From: an uncultured virus (IMG/VR IMGVR_UViG_3300009376_000009)
Taxonomy: Duplodnaviria > Heunggongvirae > Uroviricota > Caudoviricetes
Strand: one strand, 5' to 3'
Virus record (IMG/VR): IMGVR_UViG_3300009376_000009
DNA length: 64,000 bases
Positions 36,996-47,284 of the stretch are shown here, one piece after another. The position numbers were made by a program, and so were the translations under genes. Within the stretch, counting starts at the first letter, position 1; each line of letters begins with the position of its first letter. The notes beneath the pieces were generated by a model, which was not told the origin of the DNA, ran no database searches, and saw nothing but the letters and a program-made list of their open reading frames with translations.

Positions 36996-39900
36996 TCAGC
37001 CCGAAATCGTAATCCCTGATAGGCTCCCTGCTCTTCTCTCTATTTGCAGCAGTATCTCATCTGCTACTTCGTCCGTAGTCATTCCATTGAAGTTGTTAGT
37101 CATTATGACCTCAGTATTGGTGATTAGAGTTTCTACTCCCTTATTGACTACTTGCTTCACCAAATCTCCTGTGACGTTAGACGCAGCAAATCCGAAGAAC
37201 AACTCTTCTCGTGCGTCTGCAAACTCATAGAGAGCATTTGTTGCATCGGTCAATTCACCTTGAATACCTGAAATCACTCCTTCCGTTTGACTTCGGGCGG
37301 CTATGGAGTCTAATGTGCGGATTGCTCCTTCAATCTCTGCTACCGTAGTCAAACCTACGGCCACCATCTCTTTCCATATTTCAAGTTGTTCCGCAGCCTC
37401 TCCAATAAAGACAAACTGAGGGTCTTGCGCCATACGGAATGCTTCTTCGGCTGCCGCCATTTCTTTTAGCCTATCTACACCTACCTTGTCTATCAACGCT
37501 TTCTCTCTTGCTAATTCATTGGCTCTTTCTGCGTTTCCAACCATTACCTCCCATTTTTGCTGTTCCGCCGTCAAATCACTTGGAATCACATGGCCTTTAC
37601 TTTCTAGTTCCGAAATCTCAGCGTTGATTACCTCCAATTCCTTTTTCGCAGCAGCCAATTCACTAGCCGAACCTTCAATACCTGTCGAGAAAATGCGAAG
37701 TATTTCATCGGCATCTAAAAGAACGCTTTGAGAAATAGTATCGTCTAGTTCTGAGAACTCCGTATTGAAAATCCCCATCCATTCAGCAACCTTCGTAATT
37801 GCGTAACCTACCAAGAGGAAGATACCTACGACCTTAACGAATCTCCCAATAGTAATCAATGAAGAGTTCACAGCAGCCCCCAATGTGCCTGCCGCCCATG
37901 CTGCTCTGAGATTTGCTGCACCCAAAGCATCAGCCGCCAACGCAGCAAAAGTTTTCGCCTCGGCATCAGCATTGGTAACCATTACGCTGTGCATCATGTT
38001 TGCGATATAGGGTAACATACTCGCAGTAGACAATACCATAGCAATTCTTGCGCTCTTTTCGCTATTACCGAATAGAGTCAAGACGCCAGCAGCAGCCATT
38101 GAAGCAAGCGAGAATTGATTGATTAGAGCAGTCCTTGCTTGCATAGTTTTCATGCTAATTTTACGCTGTTCCTCTGCCTCGCGCTCCTTGTCTAACTCTA
38201 TCTGTATTTCTTTTGCTCTTTTCGACCCATAGTGCGACGCCAGCAAGTCTTCTATCAATCTACTCTCTTCTTCGCGGCTCTGATTTGCCGCCCTTATCAG
38301 TTGGATAGCCTTTGTTACTTTATCTAACTCCTTACCCCGTTCTTTTTGTATCAGTTCCATTAGAGTCGCACCTTCGGCCAAATCCAAATTGATTTGTCTT
38401 GTAGCCTGCCCTCTCCGAACAGTAATATCCTCATACTTTTCCTCTAAATCTACCATTCGGATAGTTTGAAGTAATTTCTTCTTCTCTTTATCGTCAGCAG
38501 TAGCGATTAGCGCCTGCTCTTCCAAAAGTCCCTTTTTGACGGTTTGTTGGGTCAGTAACCTCTCACGATTAGCGACAGCCATCTGTGAGTTTGCTTCCAA
38601 CGTGTCTTGGTAACCCTGTAACTGTTCTTCGGTCAAGTCTATGGCTGTGATTTGCATTACTGTCTGCAATTCGTGAATCTCTTTCAATTCTTTGCGGTAA
38701 CCCTTCATTACACTATTCAAATGGTCTTGTTGGGCGGTGACGTCGCCGAGTTTTTCTTGGTATCGCCCTAAGAACCCTTCCCTAACTAACTCGTCACCAG
38801 CAATTGCACGAGTCAAAACTCTGTATGTCTGCGATGCTACGTTTAATTGGTTTAGGCTAATTGTAGCCTGAATCATTGGGGCTGCAACTTTTTCAACTAA
38901 CTTGATAAATCCACCCAATGAGGCTATTACAGGGCCGAGTATTCCGGTAGACAATTCTCCTAAGACAATAGTAAAATCAGTCTGCCTTTCTGTTGCTCTA
39001 GTAAGGGAAGGAATAAGTTCGTCAGAAAGCGTGGCTTGGTAGTTATACAACTCTGCTTCGGCAATACGCAAGGAAGTAATATTTTCCCTAAGACGCCTAT
39101 CAACCTCTTCCTGCGCGGGGCTGAGAGCAAGAGTTGCTTCAAGAGCCAACTCTTCTACACGCCCATAATTTTCCATCAGTTTAATGAGTCGAACATAGTG
39201 TCTGTTACCTGCGACTAACTGTGCGATATTCTGCTTTTCTGCTGCTGTTTTGTCCTCCATATTGATAACTAAATCTCTGATTATATCGGATAGCGGTCTT
39301 AGGTTTCCATCTGCATCCTTTGTGGCGACACCCAATTCATGTAGAGCAGTAGCGGCCCCTGATGTATCAGCACCAAGACGAGCGTAAATCATCTTAAGGG
39401 CGCGTCCGCCCTTTCCTTGCTCTTCACCAGCCTCAATCAGCGTAGCAGACATAGCGGCCATATACGCTATGCTCTCCCCTGTTAGATGGGCCTGAGAAGC
39501 GAATTGATTCATCACATACGTAATCTGCGACATGGTTGCTGCCGACCTGTTCTCAACTGTGTTTAGTTGGTCGAGAACACTCATCGAGTTTGCTCTGATT
39601 TGAATGGCTCGCTCTTCCATAGTCAAGTTTTCTTCCAATGCGTCAGTCATGAAATGAGTCTGTTGTTGTAGGTTAATCATACGTTGCATCGCGGCCTCAG
39701 TTTCCATACCGCTAATCAAACCGAATATCATCCCAATTTCCGTTCCCGGCGCTACCATTCCCGGCCCAAGAACACCACCTAACTGAGCCATGCGTGCGGC
39801 AGCCCTGAGAGATTCGTCTGCTGCGAACGCAAAGCCTTCTCCTATGTGGGCTACGGCTTTTGCTACTTGCTCTGCATCTTCTCCTTCTTGAACGAACTTC

Positions 39901-40199
39901 TCAAACTCAATTCTCGCTTCACCAACCGCTTTGGCTATCGGAAGTAAGTCATCAACCATCTGAGCAAATGGTTCTCCAAGCACCATAGCGGCTTCTTCAA
40001 TGCCGCTAAATGCGTCAAGCATTAGGCTGTTCATTGTTGTAGACATAGCCTGTGCGTCTTTCAGCATACGGTCTGCTTGGAACGTTCCTACCACGTCGAA
40101 GTAAACCCTCGACGCTCCCGCCCTAAGAACAACCATGAGAACGCCCATTAGGGCGAGCATTACGGGAGCAAATGCCCCCAAACTAAGAACTAACGACAC
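36996..40199 (-). CDS. Tail tape measure protein
   Basis: 1067 aa, helical and Ala-rich, with GEEQGKGGRALKMIYARL...LGVATKDADGNLRPL core. Confidence 0.9.
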   Translation of the reverse strand: MSLVLSLGAFAPVMLALMGVLMVVLRAGASRVYFDVVGTFQADRMLKDAQAMSTTMNSLMLDAFSGIEEAAMVLGEPFAQMVDDLLPIAKAVGEARIEFEKFVQEGEDAEQVAKAVAHIGEGFAFAADESLRAAARMAQLGGVLGPGMVAPGTEIGMIFGLISGMETEAAMQRMINLQQQTHFMTDALEENLTMEERAIQIRANSMSVLDQLNTVENRSAATMSQITYVMNQFASQAHLTGESIAYMAAMSATLIEAGEEQGKGGRALKMIYARLGADTSGAATALHELGVATKDADGNLRPLSDIIRDLVINMEDKTAAEKQNIAQLVAGNRHYVRLIKLMENYGRVEELALEATLALSPAQEEVDRRLRENITSLRIAEAELYNYQATLSDELIPSLTRATERQTDFTIVLGELSTGILGPVIASLGGFIKLVEKVAAPMIQATISLNQLNVASQTYRVLTRAIAGDELVREGFLGRYQEKLGDVTAQQDHLNSVMKGYRKELKEIHELQTVMQITAIDLTEEQLQGYQDTLEANSQMAVANRERLLTQQTVKKGLLEEQALIATADDKEKKKLLQTIRMVDLEEKYEDITVRRGQATRQINLDLAEGATLMELIQKERGKELDKVTKAIQLIRAANQSREEESRLIEDLLASHYGSKRAKEIQIELDKEREAEEQRKISMKTMQARTALINQFSLASMAAAGVLTLFGNSEKSARIAMVLSTASMLPYIANMMHSVMVTNADAEAKTFAALAADALGAANLRAAWAAGTLGAAVNSSLITIGRFVKVVGIFLLVGYAITKVAEWMGIFNTEFSELDDTISQSVLLDADEILRIFSTGIEGSASELAAAKKELEVINAEISELESKGHVIPSDLTAEQQKWEVMVGNAERANELAREKALIDKVGVDRLKEMAAAEEAFRMAQDPQFVFIGEAAEQLEIWKEMVAVGLTTVAEIEGAIRTLDSIAARSQTEGVISGIQGELTDATNALYEFADAREELFFGFAASNVTGDLVKQVVNKGVETLITNTEVIMTNNFNGMTTDEVADEILLQIERRAGSLSGITISG

Positions 40200-40264
40200 T
40201 AATCATCCACTCCACCAAATGCCTTACGGCTCGCTATACGATTAGATTAGGCTCAAGTGTTGTT

Positions 40265-40537
40265 TTAACCTTTTTCTGCGCGTTTTCGGGCCTGTCTACG
40301 CTCATTTCTACGCCGTATAACCGCAGAAGAGTCATCGGCTGTTAGTTTTCTAAGGCCGGTGGAAGATTTTGCGCCGGTTGCTTGGTTAATTTTGTCCTGC
40401 ATATCAATCGCTACATTCATATCTAATTCCATGAGATGCCGTCCGCCCGGCTGCGTATAGTGTAGCCATAATTGAGAGGGAAGAACCCCCTTGAAGGCCA
40501 TGCACAACGAAGGTGCTACTCTGACGAAGTCAAAAAA
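40265..40537 (-). CDS. Tail assembly chaperone, -1 frameshift extension (gpT-like)
   Basis: The -1 frame is open from slippery T-TTT-TTG (40537-40531) to the stop at 40265. Confidence 0.75.
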   Translation of the reverse strand, partial: FFDFVRVAPSLCMAFKGVLPSQLWLHYTQPGGRHLMELDMNVAIDMQDKINQATGAKSSTGLRKLTADDSSAVIRRRNERRQARKRAEKG

Positions 40538-40872
40538 CCTACCGCGCCTTCCGTTTCGTCGCCTCTAACGAAAGCGAGTATCGGCATCAACTCTTCAAGG
40601 GTAAATAGATTTTGGTCGAAGTCTTTATCAAGAACGCAAGATGCAAGCCACTCAGTTAGTTGTGCCTCTATTCCGCATCCTGCTTTATCCAAAGCCTCTG
40701 CAAACTCTATTTGCTGTGCCTCGTCCCATTCAGAAGGGTCACCCCAACTATCAAATGACCTGAATACTCTTGCTTGAGCATTACTGATAGCGAGCCGTTC
40801 CATACCGGATGCTTGTCGCACCCATACTTTCGTCCCGTCGTCTAACTCAAACTCTTTCTTCTTGACGGGCAT
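40516..40872 (-). CDS. Tail assembly chaperone (gpG-like)
   Basis: Acidic 118 aa, between tail tube and tape measure, slippery site near the 3' end. Confidence 0.8.
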   Translation of the reverse strand: MPVKKKEFELDDGTKVWVRQASGMERLAISNAQARVFRSFDSWGDPSEWDEAQQIEFAEALDKAGCGIEAQLTEWLASCVLDKDFDQNLFTLEELMPILAFVRGDETEGAVGFLTSSE

Positions 40873-41017
40873 TTTTCTTCCACTTCCTTCTTCTCTTCAC
40901 CCGTTTGGGCTGCTTCACTTCACTAATCAGACGAACAGTCCCGTCTTCCTGTATTTTCCAAGTGCCTATGCTGTTGATAAAGGTTTTCTCTGACGTCATA
41001 GAGAATACCTAACTGTT

Positions 41018-41215
41018 CTAAGCCACGTCATACCAAACTACTGTTAGGGCAAGACCGGACGCACCATGCTTAGAAACCATGTCGCATGAGATAATCACAT
41101 CGTTATTCGCAATTGCGGCCCGTAGAGAAGTTTGGATAGAAGCGGCTGTTCCTTCAAATGTGCTTACTTTTAACTTAGTTTTGTCCGCAATCACCGTGCC
41201 GCCGTTGTTAGCCAT
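41018..41215 (-). CDS. Small hypothetical virion protein
   Basis: ORF within the tail operon. Confidence 0.7.
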   Translation of the reverse strand: MANNGGTVIADKTKLKVSTFEGTAASIQTSLRAAIANNDVIISCDMVSKHGASGLALTVVWYDVA

Positions 41216-41219
41216 CTAC

Positions 41220-41432
41220 TCAGTCCTCCTTCTTAGGAGCAGGCTTTTTCTTGGGTGCAGCCTTTTTAGGTGCTGCCTTCTTTGGTAAGTTCATAGACCC
41301 ATGAGGGAATCTCAGAGCGAACCTACGGCACTTATCCTCAGACATATTCAGAACTTCGGGGAACCAATTCTCAGGAATTGCGCGTCCCAAACTTGCGGCC
41401 CATTCTAATGATACCATGTTTAACAGCCTCAA
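41220..41432 (-). CDS. Small protein with KKAAPKK tail
   Basis: Lys/Ala/Pro-rich tail. True start may be a few codons later. Confidence 0.7.
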   Translation of the reverse strand: MRLLNMVSLEWAASLGRAIPENWFPEVLNMSEDKCRRFALRFPHGSMNLPKKAAPKKAAPKKKPAPKKED

Positions 41433-43033
41433 TATACACTTGTTGCAAGTTGCGTTCCCTTCAACTTGACCTCAATTGCCTTTGCTGCGCCTGTTGCCGT
41501 TGAGTCATAAAAGGCTTGGAAATTGACGCTCATGCGAGCAGGGTCACGACCACTCACGGAGGCTTCGGGAGCCTCAAATCGCACGTTGTATAGTTTGATT
41601 TCCATGTGGTCTGCGTCATCTGCATCTTGGAACTTCATCCTCAATGCTGGCCTTCCTTTGCCTCCCTGAATCTTATGGACTGTCGTTGAAGTCGCCAAGT
41701 CCTCGTAACTTGGCTCTCCCTTCATACCCGTTGTTCCGTCGTATAGAATCTCATTGAACTCCATCGAGCCGGTAATCTCTCTCGTTCTTGAGGGAGGGAT
41801 TCTTTGAATGGTGTTAGCACCGACAGCATAAGCCGAATCTATGTCCCTGTTAATATTCATCTCAAGACTAACTGATTGAATCTTCGTGGAAGTATTCAGC
41901 GAACCGTCAATGTAGAGTTCAGCACCGGAGAAGTGAAGAGCATCCACATCGTTACCGGAGAAAGTAACTCCTGTTTGGATTGCAGCAGGCGCAGCCTCAG
42001 ACTGACCTACCCAATCAACGGAAGCCATCACATACTCGTTTAGATTCGCACTAAGCGACATTCGTGTGGCGACCATACCTGTGAAAGTATGCTCTTTAGA
42101 CTCACGACCTACACGGATTGTAAACGAAGGGTAAACATCGGCTGTTCCAACAGGCTCGTTGAAAACGTGCTTGCTTGCTCCACCGAGATTGGCGGTAAAC
42201 GTTCCAACAGCCGTCCCATTTGCGCCTACCCCTGTAATCTCAGAAGAACCGTCAACTGCGTAGTTTGCTACGTTAGTTAGTGTTACTGAACCAGCACTCA
42301 CTCCTGAACCGGGTGCAGTAACGTAGGCGTAGACTCGACCCGGTTCTATTCCATCAGCATGATTTACGTATTGGACTACGGGAGTATCAACGGCTACTGT
42401 TCCGTTTGAGAAGGCAGCAGACATAGCATGGTCGCTATACTCAATAACTCCTGTGAGAGTAGAACCCGATACTCCGCTATATGAGAAGTAAAATCCGGTT
42501 GTTGACCCACCGGGGCTTCCCATAATTCCATAACCGAGATTAGTTGCGTCAACAGTAACCCCGTTGTGAGTATTCCATGTTGCAGTAGTGGTGTTATCGA
42601 GAGTGATTGTTCCCAAGTTTGCTGTGTAAGCAACATTCAATGCGTCTTGCTGTCCGTTGCGAACCTCCCAATATCCAATCGTAGTAGACTTGACTGCTGT
42701 TCCGCTTCCTGATGCGTAGCCAAAGCCACCTGTCCCTGTAATGCTGTCGTAGAAATCGTTCTCTGCGGTTACAGGAAGGAAAGCGAGAAGAACGTTACCC
42801 ATGAAGTCATCGGGCTGCACAGCGAAGTTGAATGACCCCTCGCCATACTTGGTGTTAGTTACTGCCTTTGAAGCCACCTGTCGGCTCATATCTGAGCGAA
42901 CAAGTAGGTCGAAAGTCTGCTTAAAGGACTCGTCATCAACCTCTCCAAAAGTCTGTGTGCCGGAAGGCTCTGTTCCAAACGTGGACTCCTTCTCAATAGA
43001 AACATACCGATTTAACCACTCTGCTGTCGCCAT
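41429..43033 (-). CDS. Major tail tube protein with internal inserted domain
   Basis: KESTFGTEP N-terminus, YPSFTI.VG, REITGSMEF. No sheath gene is seen. Confidence 0.85.
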   Translation of the reverse strand: MATAEWLNRYVSIEKESTFGTEPSGTQTFGEVDDESFKQTFDLLVRSDMSRQVASKAVTNTKYGEGSFNFAVQPDDFMGNVLLAFLPVTAENDFYDSITGTGGFGYASGSGTAVKSTTIGYWEVRNGQQDALNVAYTANLGTITLDNTTTATWNTHNGVTVDATNLGYGIMGSPGGSTTGFYFSYSGVSGSTLTGVIEYSDHAMSAAFSNGTVAVDTPVVQYVNHADGIEPGRVYAYVTAPGSGVSAGSVTLTNVANYAVDGSSEITGVGANGTAVGTFTANLGGASKHVFNEPVGTADVYPSFTIRVGRESKEHTFTGMVATRMSLSANLNEYVMASVDWVGQSEAAPAAIQTGVTFSGNDVDALHFSGAELYIDGSLNTSTKIQSVSLEMNINRDIDSAYAVGANTIQRIPPSRTREITGSMEFNEILYDGTTGMKGEPSYEDLATSTTVHKIQGGKGRPALRMKFQDADDADHMEIKLYNVRFEAPEASVSGRDPARMSVNFQAFYDSTATGAAKAIEVKLKGTQLATSVY

Positions 43034-43091
43034 ACTGATACCTCTACGTGGTTTTCCTACCCTATATCTGTCTTATCAACGTTTGCACCGT

Positions 43092-44147
43092 CTATCTATG
43101 AGTCATTTTGATTCTACGAGTGTAATTCAGCATTAGAGTGTGAACACAAACGTTCTCATCGTTGTCTACTTTGACGTCAAAAGTAGTTGAGAATCCTGTA
43201 ATACTGTCCGTAGTGCCTTGTAGCCCTGTATTTGTATACAATTCGTCGAAAACTTCACCGAGGATATTCAGACAAGAACGGTAAGCATTTTCGTAGTTAG
43301 TATCACGCACAGTTACGTAAACTTCGACGGAATAATCCTGATTTATCGTGGCCCCACCCAAAGTTTCAAACTCTCCATTATCAAGGCCTCTTAAGACTAC
43401 ATGGATAGAGGGTGTAGAAATCCTGTTCTGCATATCTGATGAAAGGTCATATCCATATACGATAGAAGAATCAGGGACTTGAGTTTTTAGGAACATACGG
43501 TCTGAACTCTGTATCTGCTGCACGACAGAAAGACCCATTCTGACTAAAGCATCTTGCGCGAAATCAGAAACCATCAACTCTTCAGGGTCGAATGCTCCAT
43601 ACTTCGATACGTAAACGCTACCCCATTGGACTTCACCACTTGTATTCCCAAATGTTATGCTATTCGATGCAGAAGTTGCTCCTACTACTGAGTAAAAGGA
43701 ATCATCCCCATCTGCGTCCCGAATAATATCATATACATAGAGTTTCGCATTACCACTTGCGTCCAAAGTTAGCCTTAGAATGGTTGGAACAGGACTACTT
43801 TCTGATTGGGTTAAGTCTAAGTCCGAGATAGTTACAGTTGTAGCACCCACAAGGTCAAGTTGTGTGGCGTTACCTTTACTTTTAACTTCTACTTTCTTGA
43901 CCCCATTATCAAGGCTCAACAAAACTGCTCCGTTGGTAGGCGCAGTTGTGAAGATGAAAGAAGCAACCATTGTGTAAGCAGTTGTTTCGGGTGAGAGTGT
44001 ATATGTGCTGTTTGTAATCACCCAATAACCACCGGAAGCAGAGCCACCACTCCCACTAAATGCAGCATCGTTACTCGTAGTTGGGTTTTCACCTTGCATT
44101 CTTGTAGACCAATACTGAGTTGTAGTTGCTATTCCCATATCAATCAC
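43092..44147 (-). CDS. Tail terminator-like protein with N-terminal beta-sandwich domain
   Basis: Position before the tail tube. C-terminal TPSIHV / YSVEVYVTVR pattern. Confidence 0.6.
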   Translation of the reverse strand: MIDMGIATTTQYWSTRMQGENPTTSNDAAFSGSGGSASGGYWVITNSTYTLSPETTAYTMVASFIFTTAPTNGAVLLSLDNGVKKVEVKSKGNATQLDLVGATTVTISDLDLTQSESSPVPTILRLTLDASGNAKLYVYDIIRDADGDDSFYSVVGATSASNSITFGNTSGEVQWGSVYVSKYGAFDPEELMVSDFAQDALVRMGLSVVQQIQSSDRMFLKTQVPDSSIVYGYDLSSDMQNRISTPSIHVVLRGLDNGEFETLGGATINQDYSVEVYVTVRDTNYENAYRSCLNILGEVFDELYTNTGLQGTTDSITGFSTTFDVKVDNDENVCVHTLMLNYTRRIKMTHR

Positions 44148-45142
44148 TAATCTCTATATCCTGCAATTCCTTTTAAGTTCGCAATAAGTTGATTGAGAGT
44201 ATCGTCGTATGTTTCCTGATTTAACTCAAACATTACACGTTCATACCAAGCCTGCATAAATTGTACTCGTGGGAATCCGGGGTGTCTTTGGGGAGCCTTG
44301 AGATAGGCCACGTAATTTTTCGCTCGTGACCTTCTTGCTCCTTGCGTTGCAAATAGCAAGAATAACTTCTCGCTGTATGGGAAATCATTGACGCCTTCCT
44401 CATACATCTCGGTAAGGTTCGTCATCTTTCCTTCGTGGTAGCCTTTCACTCCTGTCGGCTCTTCTTCTTGCGGATTATCAAACGAACCTGCGACATGACG
44501 AATCCATCTCGTAGCCTTACGTGACGATTCTCTATGCGCCAAACTCCCTTTTAGGACGGAAAACACATCTCCGTCTACTTTCCTGCTTTTTGCTAGCCCT
44601 CCTAAGTGATGGGCTAACTCAAGTTTGATTATGGCCTCATTATAACCATCACCTAATGCGGTTCTCAATGCTATGTTGTGAGAAAGCCGCCCTATATTCG
44701 TCGTATGCTCTTCCATAGTCTTCCTTATTACGGACTTATCCAAGTGGACTTGAAATCCCAACATCATTGGGCCAACTGCCTTCGTTCCTATACCCTTCGC
44801 TAATCCTCCTGTATTGAATCTGTGACCAAATCGTATGGGTGAACCAAAACCTTCCTGTCTGCTCTTGAAATCTTCGTAGCGTTGCCTATTCATGTTTGCG
44901 CCCCATCTCTGTATCTTATTCAACAGTCGCTTTTCGTGATGAGTAACAGGAGAACGGTCAGTTTCGCCCCTCAAGAATCCTCTTGATTTATCCACTTGTC
45001 TACTCTTGTAGATACGCCCCGCTTTAGGCTTAGGCATTTTTCCGCCGAGACTACGACGAGGGCCACGAGCAATCCCCTTAACATTGGATATAGTCTTCTT
45101 CTTTGGTCGTTTCTTGGGCCTACTGCCGCCTCTGATTACCAT
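44147..45142 (-). CDS. Basic neck/tail-completion protein
   Basis: Position. YEEG...HPG.P...FM pattern of HK97 gp10-like proteins. Very basic N-terminus. Confidence 0.55.
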   Translation of the reverse strand: MVIRGGSRPKKRPKKKTISNVKGIARGPRRSLGGKMPKPKAGRIYKSRQVDKSRGFLRGETDRSPVTHHEKRLLNKIQRWGANMNRQRYEDFKSRQEGFGSPIRFGHRFNTGGLAKGIGTKAVGPMMLGFQVHLDKSVIRKTMEEHTTNIGRLSHNIALRTALGDGYNEAIIKLELAHHLGGLAKSRKVDGDVFSVLKGSLAHRESSRKATRWIRHVAGSFDNPQEEEPTGVKGYHEGKMTNLTEMYEEGVNDFPYSEKLFLLFATQGARRSRAKNYVAYLKAPQRHPGFPRVQFMQAWYERVMFELNQETYDDTLNQLIANLKGIAGYRD

Positions 45143-45152
45143 TCTAACACCA

Positions 45153-45683
45153 TCAATCTACTGAACCAAGATGGGCTAATCGCCGTAGATTAGTTGTGCC
45201 TCTCTCTCGTAATAGGTTACCCCGTATACTCTCTCCATCTACGAAAAATGTCCCTTCATCTTCCATATAGTATGCGGCAGCCAAATCACCACCTATTTCT
45301 CTGAGGATATGAGCCATCTCGCCCTGTTGAACGGTTACGCCGTCTGCGTGGTCTGCTGAAAGCCCTGTAACTCCTGTTAGTTGATTACCGCTTCTTCCCG
45401 TCCAAGCGAAGGAATCTCCATCAATATTCCCATTACCGGGAACGCCAAACGCACCACCGGAAGTTAAATCAACGGTAGTACTTGCTACCGAGTGTGCGCC
45501 ATCGAGAGTAGTTTCGGCTGATTCTCGGCTTGGAACATCTCGTCCATAATCACGAAACTCTTGGTCAATATCTATCGAGGCTCTGCGAATAGCAGCAGTC
45601 AATTTACTCAATGCTTGCGTGCGCTGTGCGCTATTTAGACCCAATCTTGAGCCAACATCACTTGTAGAACAGTAGTAAACCAT
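45153..45683 (-). CDS. Head-tail adaptor-like protein
   Basis: YCSTSDV..RL, AI.RAS..ID and DLAAAY patterns. Confidence 0.65.
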   Translation of the reverse strand: MVYYCSTSDVGSRLGLNSAQRTQALSKLTAAIRRASIDIDQEFRDYGRDVPSRESAETTLDGAHSVASTTVDLTSGGAFGVPGNGNIDGDSFAWTGRSGNQLTGVTGLSADHADGVTVQQGEMAHILREIGGDLAAAYYMEDEGTFFVDGESIRGNLLRERGTTNLRRLAHLGSVD

Positions 45684-45873
45684 TTGTTATCACCGTGAAA
45701 AATCCAATCGCAATCAAGTATAGCATACGCTTCTGCATCTTGTGATAGGACACGAGCGACTTTTCAATGTTATTTAAGGTAACGCTGTGGTCTGCGGTTA
45801 GACTTTGGATGCGTGCAAGCGCATTCACTACGTTACTACACCACTCATACCAAGCGTCTTGACGAACCATCAA
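45658..45873 (-). CDS. Small coiled-coil plus TM protein
   Basis: C-terminal hydrophobic helix. Confidence 0.7.
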   Translation of the reverse strand: MMVRQDAWYEWCSNVVNALARIQSLTADHSVTLNNIEKSLVSYHKMQKRMLYLIAIGFFTVITNGLLLFYK

Positions 45874-46124
45874 ACCATCTCAAAAGTAGACATTCCCATC
45901 GCTGCTGCGACAATTGCTATGAGCGCGAACATCACTTTCTGCATAGTAGACATATAATCCGAAAGAAGGTCGTTAGTTACTTTTAGTTCAGAAGTGATAG
46001 ACGCAAGGCCTGTTTTGGTTTCGACGTGAGATTGCACTAAGCGTTCTATGACGGTATCATGTCGGGCAACTTCTGCCTCAACATGGTCTAAACGCACTTC
46101 TACCACAGCAGTAGATGAAGGCAT
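45870..46124 (-). CDS. Coiled-coil plus C-terminal TM protein (possible lysis factor)
   Basis: Heptad pattern followed by VMFALIAIVAAAMG. Confidence 0.7.
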   Translation of the reverse strand: MPSSTAVVEVRLDHVEAEVARHDTVIERLVQSHVETKTGLASITSELKVTNDLLSDYMSTMQKVMFALIAIVAAAMGMSTFEMV

Positions 46125-46127
46125 GAA

Positions 46128-46454
46128 TCAACCTACCCGTAGTCCGGGGTCAATAGGAACATCATCAGGGTCTACTGTCTCTGTATCAGGGCAGTTACGC
46201 TTATCGTGGCCTGTGTTACCACAAACACTACATTTGCGAGTAGACATGGCTTCCTCAATCTTTTCGACTTCGTCAGCGATAGCATCAGCGTGTTCTTCGC
46301 CTTCCTCTGCTATGTTGATAACTTCGTCAAGAGTTATCTTGCCGTCTGCGTTGACTTCTTGATATTTCCTCATAGCCCATAATGCGGCTGCTCCAACAAC
46401 GGCCAATAGACCAAGCCACAACTCTAACTCAACTCCGTATATCTCCATTTTCAT
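46128..46454 (-). CDS. Membrane protein with EF-hand-like loop and CCHC zinc knuckle
   Basis: N-terminal TM helix, NADGKITLDE, CSVCGNTGHDKRNC. Confidence 0.8.
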   Translation of the reverse strand: MKMEIYGVELELWLGLLAVVGAAALWAMRKYQEVNADGKITLDEVINIAEEGEEHADAIADEVEKIEEAMSTRKCSVCGNTGHDKRNCPDTETVDPDDVPIDPGLRVG

Positions 46455-46621
46455 TCCCTCTCGTATAGTATCTGTTTAACTGCCGACAATGGTATAACTG
46501 TAAAGTGTCGTTCCTCTCCCGGTCTGTAAATCTTGAACCCATGCGGTGTTTCTTCAATGTTTACCCTTGTGTATGACTTTTCAGGTGGTTGGTAAACTAT
46601 TTTCCCTAATCTCCCCGGCAT
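46451..46621 (-). CDS. 56-aa hypothetical protein (not in ORF track)
   Basis: MPGRLGKIVYQPPEK...ILYERE. Its stop overlaps the next ATG. Confidence 0.7.
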   Translation of the reverse strand: MPGRLGKIVYQPPEKSYTRVNIEETPHGFKIYRPGEERHFTVIPLSAVKQILYERE

Positions 46622-46744
46622 ATTACCACATTCCCGCTTGTATTCTCAGGAAAATTGCTGCTCAAATCATCACTCCAATTCGATGCAGAAACCATGAAAC
46701 CCACCCATCACCAACGTCCAATGTAATTCCGTAATCCTCTTCGG

Positions 46745-47029
46745 TCACTCTTCTTCCTCACTTTCTTCGGAAGGTTCTTCTTGAAGTGGGGCTTCTTGAT
46801 TTGCGTTTCTGATAGCGACTTGTTTGGAAATCTCAGTAACGTCACTCTTGAGATTCTTGATGACCGTATCTACATCGTTAACAGCCTTCTCAAGTACTCT
46901 GAGCCATACTAATCTATCAGATGCTACTGATTGAAGGCGGGACATTTCCGCAGTTAGAATCTGCACCATCTCTGCATCGGATGGGGTAGGAGAAATCTCA
47001 CTTATCTCTGCACTCGCCTCTTCGCTCAT
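46745..47029 (-). CDS. Coiled-coil acidic protein
   Basis: Heptad pattern. Confidence 0.7.
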   Translation of the reverse strand: MSEEASAEISEISPTPSDAEMVQILTAEMSRLQSVASDRLVWLRVLEKAVNDVDTVIKNLKSDVTEISKQVAIRNANQEAPLQEEPSEESEEEE

Positions 47030-47064
47030 GTTTATACGACCTTCTGTGTCTACTTAAAGTGTTC

Positions 47065-47283
47065 TCAGTCGAACCAACTCGGTGCGTTTGGGATATTATC
47101 GTAGGCTTCTTGTGGCGTAACGTAATCTTGCGGTAGAGTGAGAAGAGTAGTCCTATAAGTTTGTAACTCTGCCTTCTGCTCATCTGTAAGTGCGTCGTAT
47201 CGTATTGATAATTGGTAGGAGTCCATTAGCCGAAGCCGTTCATCCCTATATCCTCTTAATTCATCCCATTCCATTTCATTCAC
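47065..47283 (-). CDS. Tail fibre assembly chaperone
   Basis: W..LR..RD..L...D...YR..L..LP...P..PSW pattern, directly after the fibre gene. Confidence 0.8.
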   Translation of the reverse strand: MNEMEWDELRGYRDERLRLMDSYQLSIRYDALTDEQKAELQTYRTTLLTLPQDYVTPQEAYDNIPNAPSWFD

Positions 47284-47284
47284 C

